A DNA stretch of 64,000 bases from Flaccisagitta enflata (Eukaryota). The stretch spans positions 13,144,001 through 13,208,000 of the forward strand of contig OZ231126.1 of NCBI GenBank assembly GCA_965153355.1, written 5' to 3'. Position numbers and translations under genes: made by a program. How positions within the stretch are numbered: the stretch's first letter is position 1; every line of letters starts with the position of its first letter. The notes under the pieces were generated by a model. It did no database searches. It saw nothing but the letters and a program-made list of their open reading frames with translations, and was not told where the DNA came from. Below are positions 1 to 13,924 of this stretch, piece after piece.

Positions 1-71
1 ACCAAAGCCAGGCCTCCCATTTTTGACTGGAATGACTCAACGCGGTCACCGGTGAGCTGGATTAAGGAAGC

Positions 72-156
<85 letters not shown>

Positions 157-348
157 AAAAAGTAAGTCTTCTCTCTCTCTTTTTCTTTCTCTCCCTCAAT
201 ATTTTTCATTGATCCTAATTATGGGCACTTTGTAACAGAAAAGAAAGGTCAAAATGCTACACACATTGACTAACTTTTATGATGATAGCTTTCAAGTCAC
301 TCGCATCGTACCGTGCTTGCTCAGGGTTGCTGATGATGAACAAGTGGC

Positions 349-395
<47 letters not shown>

Positions 396-1549
396 TATTG
401 CTTAAGTTAAGACACGCTGGGTGTCTGACCAGTGGTGGTGCCTTACTTGTTGGGTTGATCTGTCTAGTTAATTCTGACAACCAACCCCTTACCAACTCTT
501 GCCTAAAATATTCCTTCCTTCCTAATTCATCCCTATTTCTAAATACATCCCTACCCCTTTAACTCACCCTTCCCCTGGGACTAAACCTTACCCCTGAAAT
601 CAACCCTCAAACACTCAAAACCTAAGCTTGATTACTTCTTTTATGCCTGATCAATTCCATAACTGAAACTGAGAATTTGTTTTCATTGTTATTCCTTTGA
701 TATTTTAAAAGAAATAAGCCCCTTTTTTCTATCCCGAAAGAAGCCCATCTTTTGAAACAGATTGTTGAAGAGGAAGGTCAGAAACAATCCTTTTGGATGA
801 GTGAGATTTTTGACAGACAGTGTCTTACTACCAGAACAAGAAATGAAACAGAAAGATACTGGAGAACAGGACATCATCAAGAGTCAAGATTGATTAAAGA
901 ATATAAAATAATGGAATATGAAACATGGCTGAAGATTTTGATCAGGAGTAGACTATATCTGCAATATGCAAATGATTTTTTGGGTTTCTAAAGGTGTAGC
1001 CAATCTCCCTCTTACCCTGTAGTTTTACAATAACTTACATTCCAAAACCAAAAATATTTGATTGTTTGATACACTTCATCAAAAAGATGCTGCCTACCAA
1101 GTTCTGCATTGATTGACTGAAATTTTTGCAAAATCCAAATCAAGGTCATTTTTGTATAAGGAGAACAAGATTTTTCCACTAGTTAACACTTTGACTTTCA
1201 AAGGGTCAGGTTCAATCTCATCTGCATATTGTAGAGTGCAATTAAACCTCACGGTCTTTATCTTTTAATCAAATAACCCTCTCTTATTACTTCAAAAATG
1301 ATGTTTATTGAAATACATGAACTATTGATTAGATCTATGCTTTTTTCATGTAAGAAGTTATCTTTTATAATGTAGGTTTGATAGTTTCATTCACTGTGAT
1401 GTAAAAAGTATTATTAGAATGAAATCAGCCAAAGCATAGTCACCTTTTGAATGCATTCATTATACTTTATCCTAATTACAGGGGTTCACCGCAATTTGAT
1501 TTGACATCCTCAGTAATATCTTAGCCCTTCCTTTTAGATATCTTTACTA

Positions 1550-4500
1550 ACCTGTCAATGCACTTTCCACCTGTTAATTCATGAGCAACCTTGCCCGTTT
1601 GAAATGAGAACTAACAGATAAAGAACCATCGATTTGTCTTCCACCCATTTTACCGACCTTTGATGCAGCAAAAATAGTAAACAAGGCCAAGTAGGGCAAT
1701 AAGGTGCGCCATGTGGATGCTCTAGCAAATGCATTACCAACCAGCAGACAGACCAACTGACCAACCAACTGACACAGCCAGTTATAGAAGTGCTTTGTCA
1801 CACCTAAAAAGACTTAGAAGAGACTTTGTCAATCTCATTTGCATATTGCAGCTCTATACCGACCTAGAAAAAAACTTCCTGAATGTTCTGTTTTTAAGGC
1901 ATGGATGGGTCTCCTGTAGATCATTGGTCCATTAGTCTTACAATCAGGTCCATCTCTTGATATCTGCAACGAATAAGAGTCATTCCGTAATTGGACTTCT
2001 ATCTTATTGGAATCTATTTTGCTCCTTACAGTCTATCAAAGACCAAAAAGAAAGCATACATGGCTACCGAGGTCGCGTGTGGGTGGGCAGGGGCCATATT
2101 TGAGGTCACCAGACCATTTGGGCAGGAGCAGGGAGGTTAAAGTAATAGAATTATAATAAAAAGTAAAGTGTGACCAACCAACCGACCAACAGACAAAGCG
2201 TGCACGCTACTAAAAATTCCCCTTTTGGAAACCTTAAATGATATTGTCATTTGTGGAAGGGTTAACTTAGTTCTTCCCTTTAGACAACCAAAAAAACCAG
2301 TCTACGCCCTTTACACCTAATGACTCACAAGCAATCTGGTTAGTAGAATAAAAGGGATAGAATAAGGACATAGAGCACCGTTTATTTGCCTTCCACCCCT
2401 TTACTAAACATATTATGCAGCTAAAACAGTGCAAAAGACTGAGACGGGTCACTTAATCTCATTTGCATATTGCAGCTCAACAGTGACCTCATAAAAGCAT
2501 ACTGAATGTGATTTTTTTCGAGGGCCTGATTGGTCTCTAGTATTTCTATAAGTCCAACAATCAAGTCCATCTCTTGATATCTGCAAGTGATTGTATAATT
2601 GGACCACTATCATATTGGAATTCATTCTGCTCCACATAGTCTAACAGAGACCAACAAAAACATTAACCATTGCAAACCATGAAAATGCATGATGTTTAAG
2701 AAAAGGCGTTAGTTTAACTTAGTTCTTCACTTCAAAGTACAGATTCCTTAACAAACTGGTCTATACCCTTTACAGTCATTGGCGCAAGAGCATTTTTGCC
2801 ACTTGTAATTGAGAATTAAGAGATAGAGGACTGTCTATTTGTCTTCCACCCCCAAGTCAGCCCTCTAGTCCTCAAATTCTCCTTCTGTGACCTAAATCAG
2901 CCATCTGAGGCCTCATAAGGATGTCTTGAAATTCCTCTCTGTGTCCTATAGGACATTGGCCCTTTGGGGCTGCTGCCCTGCTTTCAATCTTCCTTTTCAC
3001 TTGATCACTCCAAGCAAGGCATCGGGTGCCGCTGACCATGTGCAATTTGATGACTTATTTCAACCTTTTGTGCAGCCAAAATAGAATGAAAGACGGAGAA
3101 GGGACTTTGTCATTCGGATTTGCATATTGCAGCTCTATAGTGACCTATAATAAACTTCCTGAAAGTCCTTTTTTTCTCAGATGCATAGGTCTAACAGTCA
3201 AGTCTATTTCTTGATATCTGCAAAGCCTTAAAGCCTTGACCACTACCATATTGAAATTCATTTTGCACAAGTACTGCTGACCACCAACGCTTATGCGACT
3301 ATTCAAACCTATAATGCAGCTAAAAACAGACAGTCAATCTAATTTGCATATTGCAGCTCTATTGTGACCTTAGAAGACTTCCTGAATGAGATGCATTGAT
3401 TGGTCTTTTGTAGATCATTGTCCTTTAGTCTAACAGTCATGTCCATCTGTTTATAACTGCAATGCCTTAGAGCCTTAGAGCCATACCATAATTTGACCAC
3501 TATCAAATTGGAATTCATTTTGCTCCTTACCATCTAAGAAAATCCTTTCCTTGCTCTCCTCAACAAATATTAACATCATATTCAGATGTTCTGTTTTCAT
3601 TGAATTGCCGTTCTGACACCCTTACAAACGAGTAAATTCCCTTTAGACCTGTTGACTCTTGATCAACATGGCTGGTTTCAAAGGAGTATCAATGGACAGA
3701 AAACCATCCACATGTCTTAAACCCTTTTTTCTACCTCTTATGCAGCTAAAACAGTACAAGTGACTTAGAAGGGACACTGTCAATCTCATTTGCATATTGC
3801 AGCTTTACAGTGACCTTAGAAAAACTTCCTGAATGTCTATTTTTCAGGTTCAGGTTTTCAGGTCTCTAGTAGATCATTGGTCAATTGGTCTAACAGTCAA
3901 GTCCATGTTAAGTTATCTGCAATGACCTAAGAGTCATTTCATGATTGGACCACTGTCATATTGGAATTCATTATGCTCCTAATGGTCTTATAGAGGCCAA
4001 AAAAACTACTTTCACCTTTGAAAATGTTGAAAAGTTTTAGCACTCGTGAAAAGGTGTCATGTAAACTTAGTTCCTTGGAGGAACTTCCTCCTGTCAGACA
4101 ACATTAGAAACTATTCTGTGCCCTCTACATGTCTTGATTCACCAGCAATCTTGCCAGTTACTGCCAGTTATTAATGCGCATTAAGATATAGAGGACCATG
4201 CTTTTGTCTTCCACCCTTTTTTCAACCTATCTTCAGCTTAAACAGTATGAAAGACTGAGAAGGACACTGTCAATCTCATTTGCATATTGCCGCTCTATAG
4301 TGACCAAAAGAAACTTCCTGAATGTCTTTTTTTTCAGGTGCAGTGAATTGGTCTTTTGTAGATCATTAGTCCATGAGTCTAACAGTCAAGTTCATTTACT
4401 GTTATCTCATGATTCTGCTAGCCTTCAATAATTATGGTTTTTAGAAGAATATGTCATGTTAATGATGTTCTTCCAATCAAAAACTTTTATTAACCAGTTG

Positions 4501-4850
4501 ATGCCCTTGACTCCTAATGATTCAACAAAAGTTTGACTGGCTTTGAATAAAACATGAGAGAAAACCTTCCATTTGGCTTCTACTCTGTTTTTCAACGTTT
4601 TACGCAGCTTAAACAGTATCAAAGACTAAGAACAGTCACTGTCAATCTCATTCGCATATTGAAGCTTTACAATGAACTAAGAAAATATCCTGAATTTTTC
4701 TTTTTTGGTTGCATGGGTCTCCAGTGGATTTATGGTCCATAAGTCTAACAGTGAAGTCCATCTTTTGATAACAGCGCTGCCTTAGAACCATTCTATATTT
4801 TGACCACTATTTTGTGGGAATTGATTTGGCTTCCTAATGTATGAAAATGA
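1550..4850. repeat. Degenerate tandem array of ~200-650 bp units sharing the core CAATCTCATTTGCATATTGCAGCT
   Basis: Homologous blocks (...GTCAATCTCATTTGCATATTGCAGCTCT...AAACTTCCTGAATG...TAGATCATTGGTCC...GTCTAACAGTCAAGTCCAT...TTGGACCACT...TTGGAATTCATTTTGCTCC) recur at ~1830, 2455, 3115, 3335, 3781, 4271 and 4643; more diverged relatives at ~11844, 12335 and 13617. Boundaries approximate. Confidence 0.8.
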
Positions 4851-7151
4851 TCACTGGTTTCAAATATCAACAAAAGTAAATTATCCGTTGCAAAAAAACT
4901 TAGTCGCATGATTAAAAGGCAGCAATACTCAGAGTTATTATCGAATCATTCCATATATTCTCCTTCAGTCAATGATGGACAGGAAGGCAGAGAAAAAGTT
5001 TTGTCTGCATGTTGGTCTGTTAGTCTGACCTTTGGTTGGCTGGCCTTAAACATTTGAGTCAAAAATCTTACTAAGGCGCATTATGATGTATTTGTGGAAG
5101 AGTTCAGAAGGGAGATTTGGGGCATGGACGGGGGGTGTGCGCCCCTGGCCACCAACCCAAAACAATACTGTGACCCTGCGTCACTTGTAATCAAAGCACA
5201 GCATCAATAACATCAATACATTGAAACTTTTCATCCAACTCTTGTAAGAAGCCAAACAGTGGCCTTCAAAATTGTGGTCAAATAATAGATTGAAGATATC
5301 AAGAGACTGATTTTCCCATAGGATCAACATAATGTTGCTCTGATGGAGATGAACCTCTTCACCTGCAGACTGAAAGTTTATTCATCAGTTAATCAAAGAG
5401 CAGCAACATGCTAATGAACTCATCAGTTCACATTGTCTACCTTTTTATGATTCCTTCAGCCACTTGCTATTCCTGCTATGTTAACACTCATTTGCATAAT
5501 GTAGCACACAGTTAATGCAATTTCATGCTATTAATTACCCATTTCTATTTGACAATAGCATCTCCTGATATTACAAAGCTATCAAATAAACTATTCCGAG
5601 TCATGGATAAAATGTTCTTAGAAAAAACATCAGGCTCTATCCAATATGTGGTTGTCTCATTAAAGATTGCGCAGGGTTTGTCTGAGTTAATGGTATCACC
5701 ATCAGGAGGTAAGAACAAAGATGGTTTGAAAATGGATCAAGTCCAATTGGTGACATAGCTCAATCTTGTTGATTAGTGATTGACTTTTAAAGTTAAGAAA
5801 AAACATGTCTTTAGATTTATCAAAGGTAAAGAGCGCTATCCCAATCTCTGGTTGGTCAAACTGGTTAAATGAATTTGCATATTGCAGCAGTTCAATTTGT
5901 TTTTAAACATTTTATCGAACTTTGTGTTTTTCCTTGAAGTTATCTTGCAATGGGATCAAGGACAGCAACAAAGTTTTTTTTTGCCTGAGCTACAATCGAT
6001 ACACAGTTTACTTTTAAGATTCTTTCAATCACAAAAAGATAACAGGCAAGGTTGTGCTCAATGGTTGTTCTTTCTTCCTGATATTCAATTTCCTAAGGCA
6101 ACAGAAATATGGTTTCATTTTCAAGACCTTAAACGGAGGGATTAATGATCACTTTTTCATTAAAGTCTCTTTTCACTCTCTTCTCTCAATTTGCATATTG
6201 CTGCCAATCCATGTTCCAACCCTGATTTTTTATTTTGAGGAAACCACTGCCAGGTTTCTTGACAATTCAGTTAAAAACTTCATTAAATTTTTTTGAGCTA
6301 AAACCAAAAACCATAAGTAGAATTTTTTGCAAGTATTTCATTATGAATTGGTATTTTTTTTTTGCTGATGCTAAACCATAACTATGTATACAAGCAGTAA
6401 AACATATGTGATTATCATTTTTTTTGTGGTTGGACCAAAAGTTTTAAATTCATAATTCTAGAAAACAAAGATGATTGATTAGTCTTGCAATTGAAAAAAA
6501 ATGATGCTTCCTCCATCACGTGAGGCTTGGCTTGGCTAAGCATTGTCAAGCTTTGGCTATGCTGAGCATGGCTTGGCTTAGCAAAGGTAATCTTGAATGG
6601 CTTCACTTCCGTTGATTAAACCTGGCTTAGCTCTGTTTGGCTTGGCTTTGCTTGACCCATCAAGACAAAGAGTCACCTCCATCTCCATTTGTAATCCTCT
6701 TTTCCTCATCACGTCGACTCCTTTTCTCTTTTCTCCTTTTACCTCCCTCCCTTACTATTTTTTTCTTCCTCATTCTTCTTCCTCTCTTCCTCCTTTTTCC
6801 TCTCCTCATCCTCTTCCAAACTCTGTGGTTTTCAAGTCATGACTTGGTTTCTTATTGTTCTTTTGTCACCCTCTTGCAAGACCTTGTTTTCATGGAAAAC
6901 TGCTTGGTGCGCATTTGCATTGGCATGACTTTCTACTGAAAATAAGTGATCTGCATACATAATTAGTCAATTTTTTCTTGGCCAGACGTTAAAAAAGTCA
7001 AAAATCTTACATCAAAATGTTGGGCAAGTCGAGCTCTATCTATTAGTACCATTTTGATGGCTATGTCTGCTTCATAGCAAAAGATTTCAATCATTGAAGA
7101 GGAAACGTTTTTCATAGGGACCCGTTACCAACTTCACCCCTACCCCTTACC

Positions 7152-7974
7152 CAGGCCTTTTTTTAGAGCAAGCCCGCAAGCCCGTGGCTCTCTATTTTGC
7201 TGTCGGGCTCTCATGTTTTGCTGGCTCTGAGCCCGGCGGGCTCTCTCACTTTTGGCCAGATACATTAGACTAAGCGGATTTGATAATTTTTTTGGATTAC
7301 TGGAAGTATAAAAGACTGAAATTCTCATCTTGAAAATATCACCTGGCAAGAAATTGATCGCTGTTACAATTTTGACTTGCCCAATCTTCTACCTCTTGTG
7401 GATTTAATCCTTAAGTGCTGATTGCGAGCGGGGGTTCAGCGCCATGAAACTTATAAAAGCTGAGCATTGCGCTTCGCTACTTCCCTCTGCTTTAGACGGC
7501 CTCATGATGGTTTATTTGAAATCTCTAGCCATCAAAAAACTTTTGACCCACAATCCTCAATTAATGAATGGTTGATAGTCAAATCACACATAATTTCAAA
7601 AGTGGATAGTGACTCAAGTGAAGAACAGTCAGATATTGAAAGCATTGCCTGCACGCATTCTATTTCCAAATGAGAATCAGTTGATGAGAGAAGCATTTTT
7701 TTCATCTTGTTTCAGTGGTCATATTTATGAATTTGAGATTGATGGTGAAAAAAAGTGCGCATGAATTACTATTTTTTTTTTGCTGTTACTTTAGATAGGG
7801 AATGAAACCATTATAACTTATAAGATGTCAGTGCTAAACTTAGGCAAATGGGGGGGTATGAATATCACACAATGGTAATTTTTGCCGGGCTCGCTGTTTT
7901 GCAGTCGGGCTCTTTAAAATTTTGAGGAGAGAGCCCGACTGGCTCGCTAAAAAAAAACTCTAAAAAAAGGCCTG
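7152..7974. mobile_element. Non-autonomous TIR element (MITE) with 8-bp TSD, hAT-like
   Basis: Termini CAGGCCTTTTTTTAGAG ... CTCTAAAAAAAGGCCTG; identical 8-bp direct repeat CCCTTACC at 7144-7151 and 7975-7982; repeated subterminal GGGCTC motifs; no transposase ORF. Confidence 0.85.
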
Positions 7975-8370
7975 CCCTTACCCCACTCTGACCCCAGACT
8001 TGACCCCCCCTAACCCATGACCCCATACTCAACCTCCACCCCTTACCCCTAACTCGTCCATTACCTCTAACTCCAATCCTACCCCTAACTCCACCTCTAC
8101 CCCTTACTCCACCTTTCCCCCTTACTCCACCCCTAACCCTACCCCTACACTAACTCTACCCCTAACTTTGCCCCTTCCCCTGACTCCACCCCTATCCCTA
8201 ATTCCCCCCTACTCCCAAATCAACTCCTACTCCTTTCCCTACCCCTTACCAAACCCCTACCCAAGAACTCAGCCCTGCCCCAAAACCTACTCTAAAACTA
8301 CTCCTTATCCCAACCCCCTTCCCACAAGCCCTAAACTGTACCCCTCATTCCTCATTCTCAACCCCTAGAT
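7975..8370. repeat. C-rich degenerate hexamer low-complexity tract (ACCCCT/ACTCCA/CCCTAA-like)
   Basis: Visible ~6-bp periodicity with strong C/G strand skew; only scattered perfect CCCTAA units. Confidence 0.65.
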
Positions 8371-8884
8371 CTGACCACATTTCCATTTTTAAACATTACC
8401 TGCAATTCTAAACCCTTGCCATGTGTTTAAGCTCTGCTTACTTTCTTAAGATTTTATATTCTTTGAATATAAAGAAATGGAATGTATAATAATCTTTACC
8501 CCTTCTACCCTCCCCTGCAAACTTTTAACATGGTTTCATATTATTGAAGAGCAAGGTTTAAAACATTTTTCTATGAGTGAGATTGATTGACGGATAGTTT
8601 CTTGCTTCCAATTAAAGAGGCAGATAAAAAAGGTTTAAGCGATTAACGTATTAACAAGAGTCAGGAATAATCATTGAAAAGAAAAAAAGTCAAATGCAAA
8701 ACATGGCTCAATATGTTGATCAGGCCAAGTTAGTTTCAGCAATATGCAAATGATTTCATCAAACTTTGAAGATGCAGCCAATCACTTTTTTGCCTTTAAT
8801 CATAAACCATCATGGCCATAAACACAGTCCCCCAATTGTGGATGGGTGGGCAGGGGCAGTATAGCAAACAAGGCCAACACCATA

Positions 8885-10925
8885 CAGTTGACGGTATGTA
8901 TTCCCCCTCATGTGCTCAAAACCCACGTATCCGATCGTTTTTGATTACTTTTATAATATTACTACCTAGAACTAAAGAGATTTGGGATTTTTGATCCATT
9001 TTAGGGACCACGAGTTCCATTTATTTATCACCTCTCCAAGGTGGTTGTAGTGAAAATGTTGAAATTCGGTCACTTTGGGCTCAAAATTGGGCCACTTTAG
9101 TTTGGAAATTTGACCCGAAATCTGTGAGATTATGAAACTAGAGCTCAAGAGCTAACCAGTGGTGCAATCCGCATGTTGCCATCATTTTTGTTAAGATTTC
9201 AGGGCTTTTCAAAGATGGAAGGGTATGAGGGTTATTTTACCAATTGAATTTGGTGGTCAATTTTGACATTTTTTACATTTTTTGTTAAATCTCCACTTTG
9301 GATAGACAAATCTGGATGAAATTGGTGACCAAATTGAAGAGTTTTTGATGCTCTAACTGAATCTGGTAAAATTTTTGATCAATATGACCCTCAAAATTTT
9401 TGGGAGACTCTAACAGGGTGTGCAAAATTATCCGGACTTGACAGTTACTTTTCTTAAAAACCCTGTAGTAAAGATGATTTTTGAAAGCATGAGGGGTAGA
9501 TATAAAAAAATTTCCTTTTTAGCATTTAAAAGCAGAATTCATAAAAAATAAAAATGTCAGAAATAAAATTTTTTAGGTAGATTTGACTCAGATAAAACAC
9601 TCCTTGAAAAGATATCTTTAAAAAAACTGAAATTCTGTTGTTAGTTTTTCTTACCAATTTGGCCTAGTTTATTTGCTTTTGTGAGCTCCATCGATGTTGA
9701 TTTAACTTACCTCCCTTAGCATAGTGTGTGTCAAGCTGAGAAAGTCACAAAAGAAGATTTACAAATACAAGAATCTAAGATTTTATAACCTATTTTGCTT
9801 ACAAAATAAAATGGTGTCAAAATCAAAATCTTTACTTCAAATCATTTAACTCCCATAGTGACAAGGAATTTAGAAAATACCTACAATCAATTCTAGCTTC
9901 TAGCATGACTAGCTGGGGTACTATAGCTCAAATTTCATTGTGCTGGGTCACTTCTAAGTATGGTTTTCTTTCAATGGAGCAAGTCCGGATAATTTTGCAC
10001 ACCCTGTTAGAAGCAGGTGTTAAAAAGTGATTTTTTTCGCCATTTTGGCTACTTTGGTCAAAAAATTTGGGCACTTCCGAGATAAATTAAACTACTGTTC
10101 AAGATCTAACAAATGGTGCAATCGGCATGTTGATATGTTGAAGCATATAGATTTGGCAGAGCTTTTAGGCTCATAATGACCAAAAAATGTCATTTTATTA
10201 TACCCGCTGATCTTTAAAGCTTTGCCAAATCTATATGCTTTAACCTATTGATATGCCAATTGCACCATTGGTTAGATCTTGAACAGTAGTTTAATTTGCC
10301 CACTGATTTTTTGTCATTTTCTATCTCAGAAGTGCCCAAATTTTTTGACCAAAATAGCCAAAATGGTGAAAAATATTACTTTTTAGCACCTGCTTGTAGA
10401 GTCTCCCAAAAATTTTGAGGGTCATATCGATCCAAAATTTTATCAAGTTCATCTAGAGTATCAAAAACTCTTCAATTTGGTCACCAATTTCATCCAGATT
10501 TGTCCATCCAAAGCGGAAATATATCAAAAATTGTAAAAAATGTCAAAATTGACCACCAAATTCAATTGGTAAAATAACCCTCATACCCTTCCATCTTTGA
10601 AAAGCTCTCAAATCTTAACAAAAAATGATAGCAACATGCGGATTGCACCACTGGTTAGCTCTTGAGCTCTAGTTTCATATTCTCACAGATTTCGGGTCAA
10701 ATTTCCAAACCAAAGTGGCCCGATTTTTAGCCCAAAGTGACCAAATTTCAACATTTTCACCACAACCACCTTGGAGTGGTGATAAATAAATGGAACTCGC
10801 GGTCCCTAAAATGGATCAAAAATCCCAAATCTCTTTAGTTCTAGGTAGTGATATTATAAAAATAATCAAAAACGATCGGGTACATGGGTTTTGAGCACAT
10901 GAGGGGGAAAACATACCGTCAACCG
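8885..10925. mobile_element. Foldback (long-TIR) non-autonomous DNA transposon, TA TSD (Tc1/mariner-type)
   Basis: TA|CAGTTGACGGTATG... matches ...CATACCGTCAACCG|TA; the arms stay reverse-complementary for hundreds of bp up to a centre near 10200. Confidence 0.9.
9413..10007. mobile_element. MITE nested in the foldback element, TA TSD
   Basis: TIR ACAGGGTGTGCAAAATTATCCGGACTTG at both ends, flanked by TA; the opposite arm of the host (~10385-10410) shows the empty site GAGACTC-TA-CAAGCAGG. Confidence 0.9.
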
Positions 10926-12629
10926 TACAGTCATGTGGGGTGGTTTAGACCATAAGACTAAAAGACTAAAATACCAAAACACTATGAGCCTAAATGTAAA
11001 TTGATTTAAATTAACTTTAAATAACTTAAAATGACTTAAACTGGTGTAAAACGATGTAAAAAAGCTAAGCGTCTCTGACAGGCCGACCAACCAACCAACC
11101 AACGGAGGGACAGTGTGGGTTATGAGTCGCTTGCACGCAACTAAAAATACATTTCAAAAAAGTTACAAGCCGGCCATTGGACTGATGGACCTACACAGCA
11201 AGTTTGCAACTGAAGATATTGGATTTATGAATACACAATATTGTTTTGTTAGGAAATATTTTGACTTTCTTAGGGTTAAGGAGATTGAATCAGTATCAAT
11301 CTCATTTGCATATTGTAGTGGATTAGCTATCCTTTCTTGAAGTAAGATGTTCTTTGCTGTTGACTACAAAAATGTTGTTTTTTGAAACCCATGAACTGAC
11401 AAGTTGATTTTTGTTGTTCATCTTTCAATTTTGTTCAAGTCAGTGGATACTTCTCATTACGTAGTTTCAATCATTTCATCCTCTGATGTGTAAAAAGTAA
11501 AATCATATCAGCTTAAGGATCTGTGTCCACAAGTCTTTTTAATTGAGTATTTGGTAACCTGATGAAAACCTTAGTTGCTTGAACTCCAAACACAGGTGGG
11601 TTTTTGATTCATTGATGCTTTGTTCTTAGAAGCAAAACTGATGCTTTAAAAGATTTCTGAAGAGGGTTTGCCTGACCTACAGGACATTAGACTTTCATGA
11701 CCTTGGAGCTTTTACATCAATTGACCAGTGTCATATTAGCATTGATCACATCCTCAAAAATGGATGAAATGTAAATACAGCCTTTGGAATAAAGCTTTTT
11801 CAAAGCAACTAGAGCCCTTTAAAGAATGAGAACAGGGACTAAGAATCTAATTAGCATATTGTAATGTTATGGTAACCTAATAGATAGTCTCCTAAATGTC
11901 CATTTTATAGGCACTTTGGTTCATGCCAAGTAGATCATTGGTCCATCATTCCAACGGTCAAGACGCTGTTTTGATATGTGCAATGTCCTTGAAGCAATGA
12001 GATCAATAAACAACAATTATGGTGGCATCCACTTGACTATTTACAGTTTGATCACTATTTTGATCAGCTTTCTCAACATTTGACTGTCTTTTAAGGGCCT
12101 GCCGTTTAGATTCTCATAGATTGCTACAGAGAGGAATGATGGTTTAAACATGGCGTTTTCTCATTCCTTCTTGACGCCCAAGCAATCAAGAAATGCTCTC
12201 ATGGCAAGTAGCATATGAGCCATCCAGCCTGTCGTGCATCAGAACTCATGAACCAACTAGTTCTCCTCTAGTCTCTCCTCTCAACCAGTGCACGCATTGA
12301 AAGCCATTGATAATACTGGATGAGGAGAGACCGTTAATCTCATTAGCATATTGCAGCTCTGTTAGTACCTGCTATGTAGCCATTAAAATGTCAGTTTTAG
12401 AGGCAGGTTGTGTCATCTCATGTAGGGAACTGGTCCACTAATCCAACAGTCGATGTTACAACAATTAGTGCACAATGTTCTTGAAACAACTAGATCAGTT
12501 GACAACAACTGAAGTAGCATCCATTTGACTTTAAGCTGTTTAATTATATCTTCAAAAAATATTTTGATAGGCTGTTTTACTATATGACCGTTAGCAATAG
12601 GGCTTGCCATCTGAACTCCTCTAATTGGT

Positions 12630-13420
12630 CAGGACTCCGGTTAAAGAAAATCTCAATTTCAATGGTTTTGAAAAAAAAAAGATAGATGTATCACAGTTTT
12701 TTGCACAGGGAACCTAAAAAGGCTGTAGAACACGATTCTGATATTCATTTTGACCTAACTTGAGCCAAAAAAATTAGAAACGGATTTTTATGTAAAAAAT
12801 TGTGTTTTTTCTTATAAAACATTAATTTTTCAATATTTTTTCATCAAATCTGACTAAATTTGAAGTATTTTGACCATTTGCACTGTATTGATTCAATTAT
12901 TGATGTTTTTACACAATTCTTACTATTTTTTAAAATTTGCACTTGATCTCATTTGCATATTGCGGTTTCGCGTTTTTCGCCTATAACATGCATGTTTTTT
13001 CAAGTACATCGATGAAATTCATACTGATAGCATATCTTACCCTTAAAAACAGTTTTATAATATCAATTTTTAGAATTTTTTGATTTTGAGTTATTTTTTC
13101 ATTTTTGAGAATTTTAATGCAATTTTTGAACCTCGTAGACTTATTCAAAATTGTTCTAAGGTCATTCAAGTATCAATTGCTATTGGTACTCTATGAATCT
13201 GTAAAAAAAAATCCAAAATGTTTCATTTTATACCATTTTTTATTGAAAAATAGTTGTTTTAGCACAAAAAAACGTTTCTAATTTTTTTGGCTCAAGTTAG
13301 GTCAAAATGAATATCAGAATCATATTCTACAGCCTTTTTAGGTCCCCTGTGCAAAAATCTGTTACGTGTCCATCTTTTTTTTTTTCTTTAAGCATTTTGC
13401 AACTGGGAATCCTGACCATA
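12630..13420. mobile_element. Non-autonomous TIR element
   Basis: >100-bp inverted repeat (TGCACAGGGAACCTAAAAAGGCTGTAGAA...CCTAACTTGAGCCAAAAAAATTAGAAA at ~12700-12780 vs its reverse complement at ~13273-13355). Outer ends approximate; TSD not resolved. Confidence 0.75.
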
Positions 13421-13924
13421 AATTCTGGTTTAAAAAAATAAGGATAGTCCAAACATAGCAATTTTTTTACCAGGTCATGATAGAACTGCAGTTGAAGTAA
13501 TGCTTCCATAGTGGTTGGCATGGGGACTATCCAGATCTTAACTCGTGGATAAAAGACCAATGACTGTCCTGTTCCATTACGCGCATTGGCAACACTGTGT
13601 AAAAAGAGAGACTGGTGATCTCATTAGCATATTGCAGCTCTATCGTAACCTGTTGAGTAACTACCTAAATGGCAGTTTAACAGGCGGGTTGTTCTATATC
13701 ATGTAGACAACTAGGACATTTGTCTACTGATCATGTCAGAGATTTGATAAGTTCAATATCTATGGACCTATACAACCATTTGACTACAATCATAGTGGCA
13801 TCCATTAGGATCTCTACAGTATGATCATATGTTAAGAAATAATGAGTTTATGGAATGCATTAACAGAGACTCAATGGTCTACAATAGGCAATTTATCTTG
13901 CTCTCAGGACACCGCCAAATGATA

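Noticed and set aside
7975-8370. Interstitial telomeric repeat
   Set aside because: Too degenerate; only isolated CCCTAA hexamers, so treated as low-complexity sequence.
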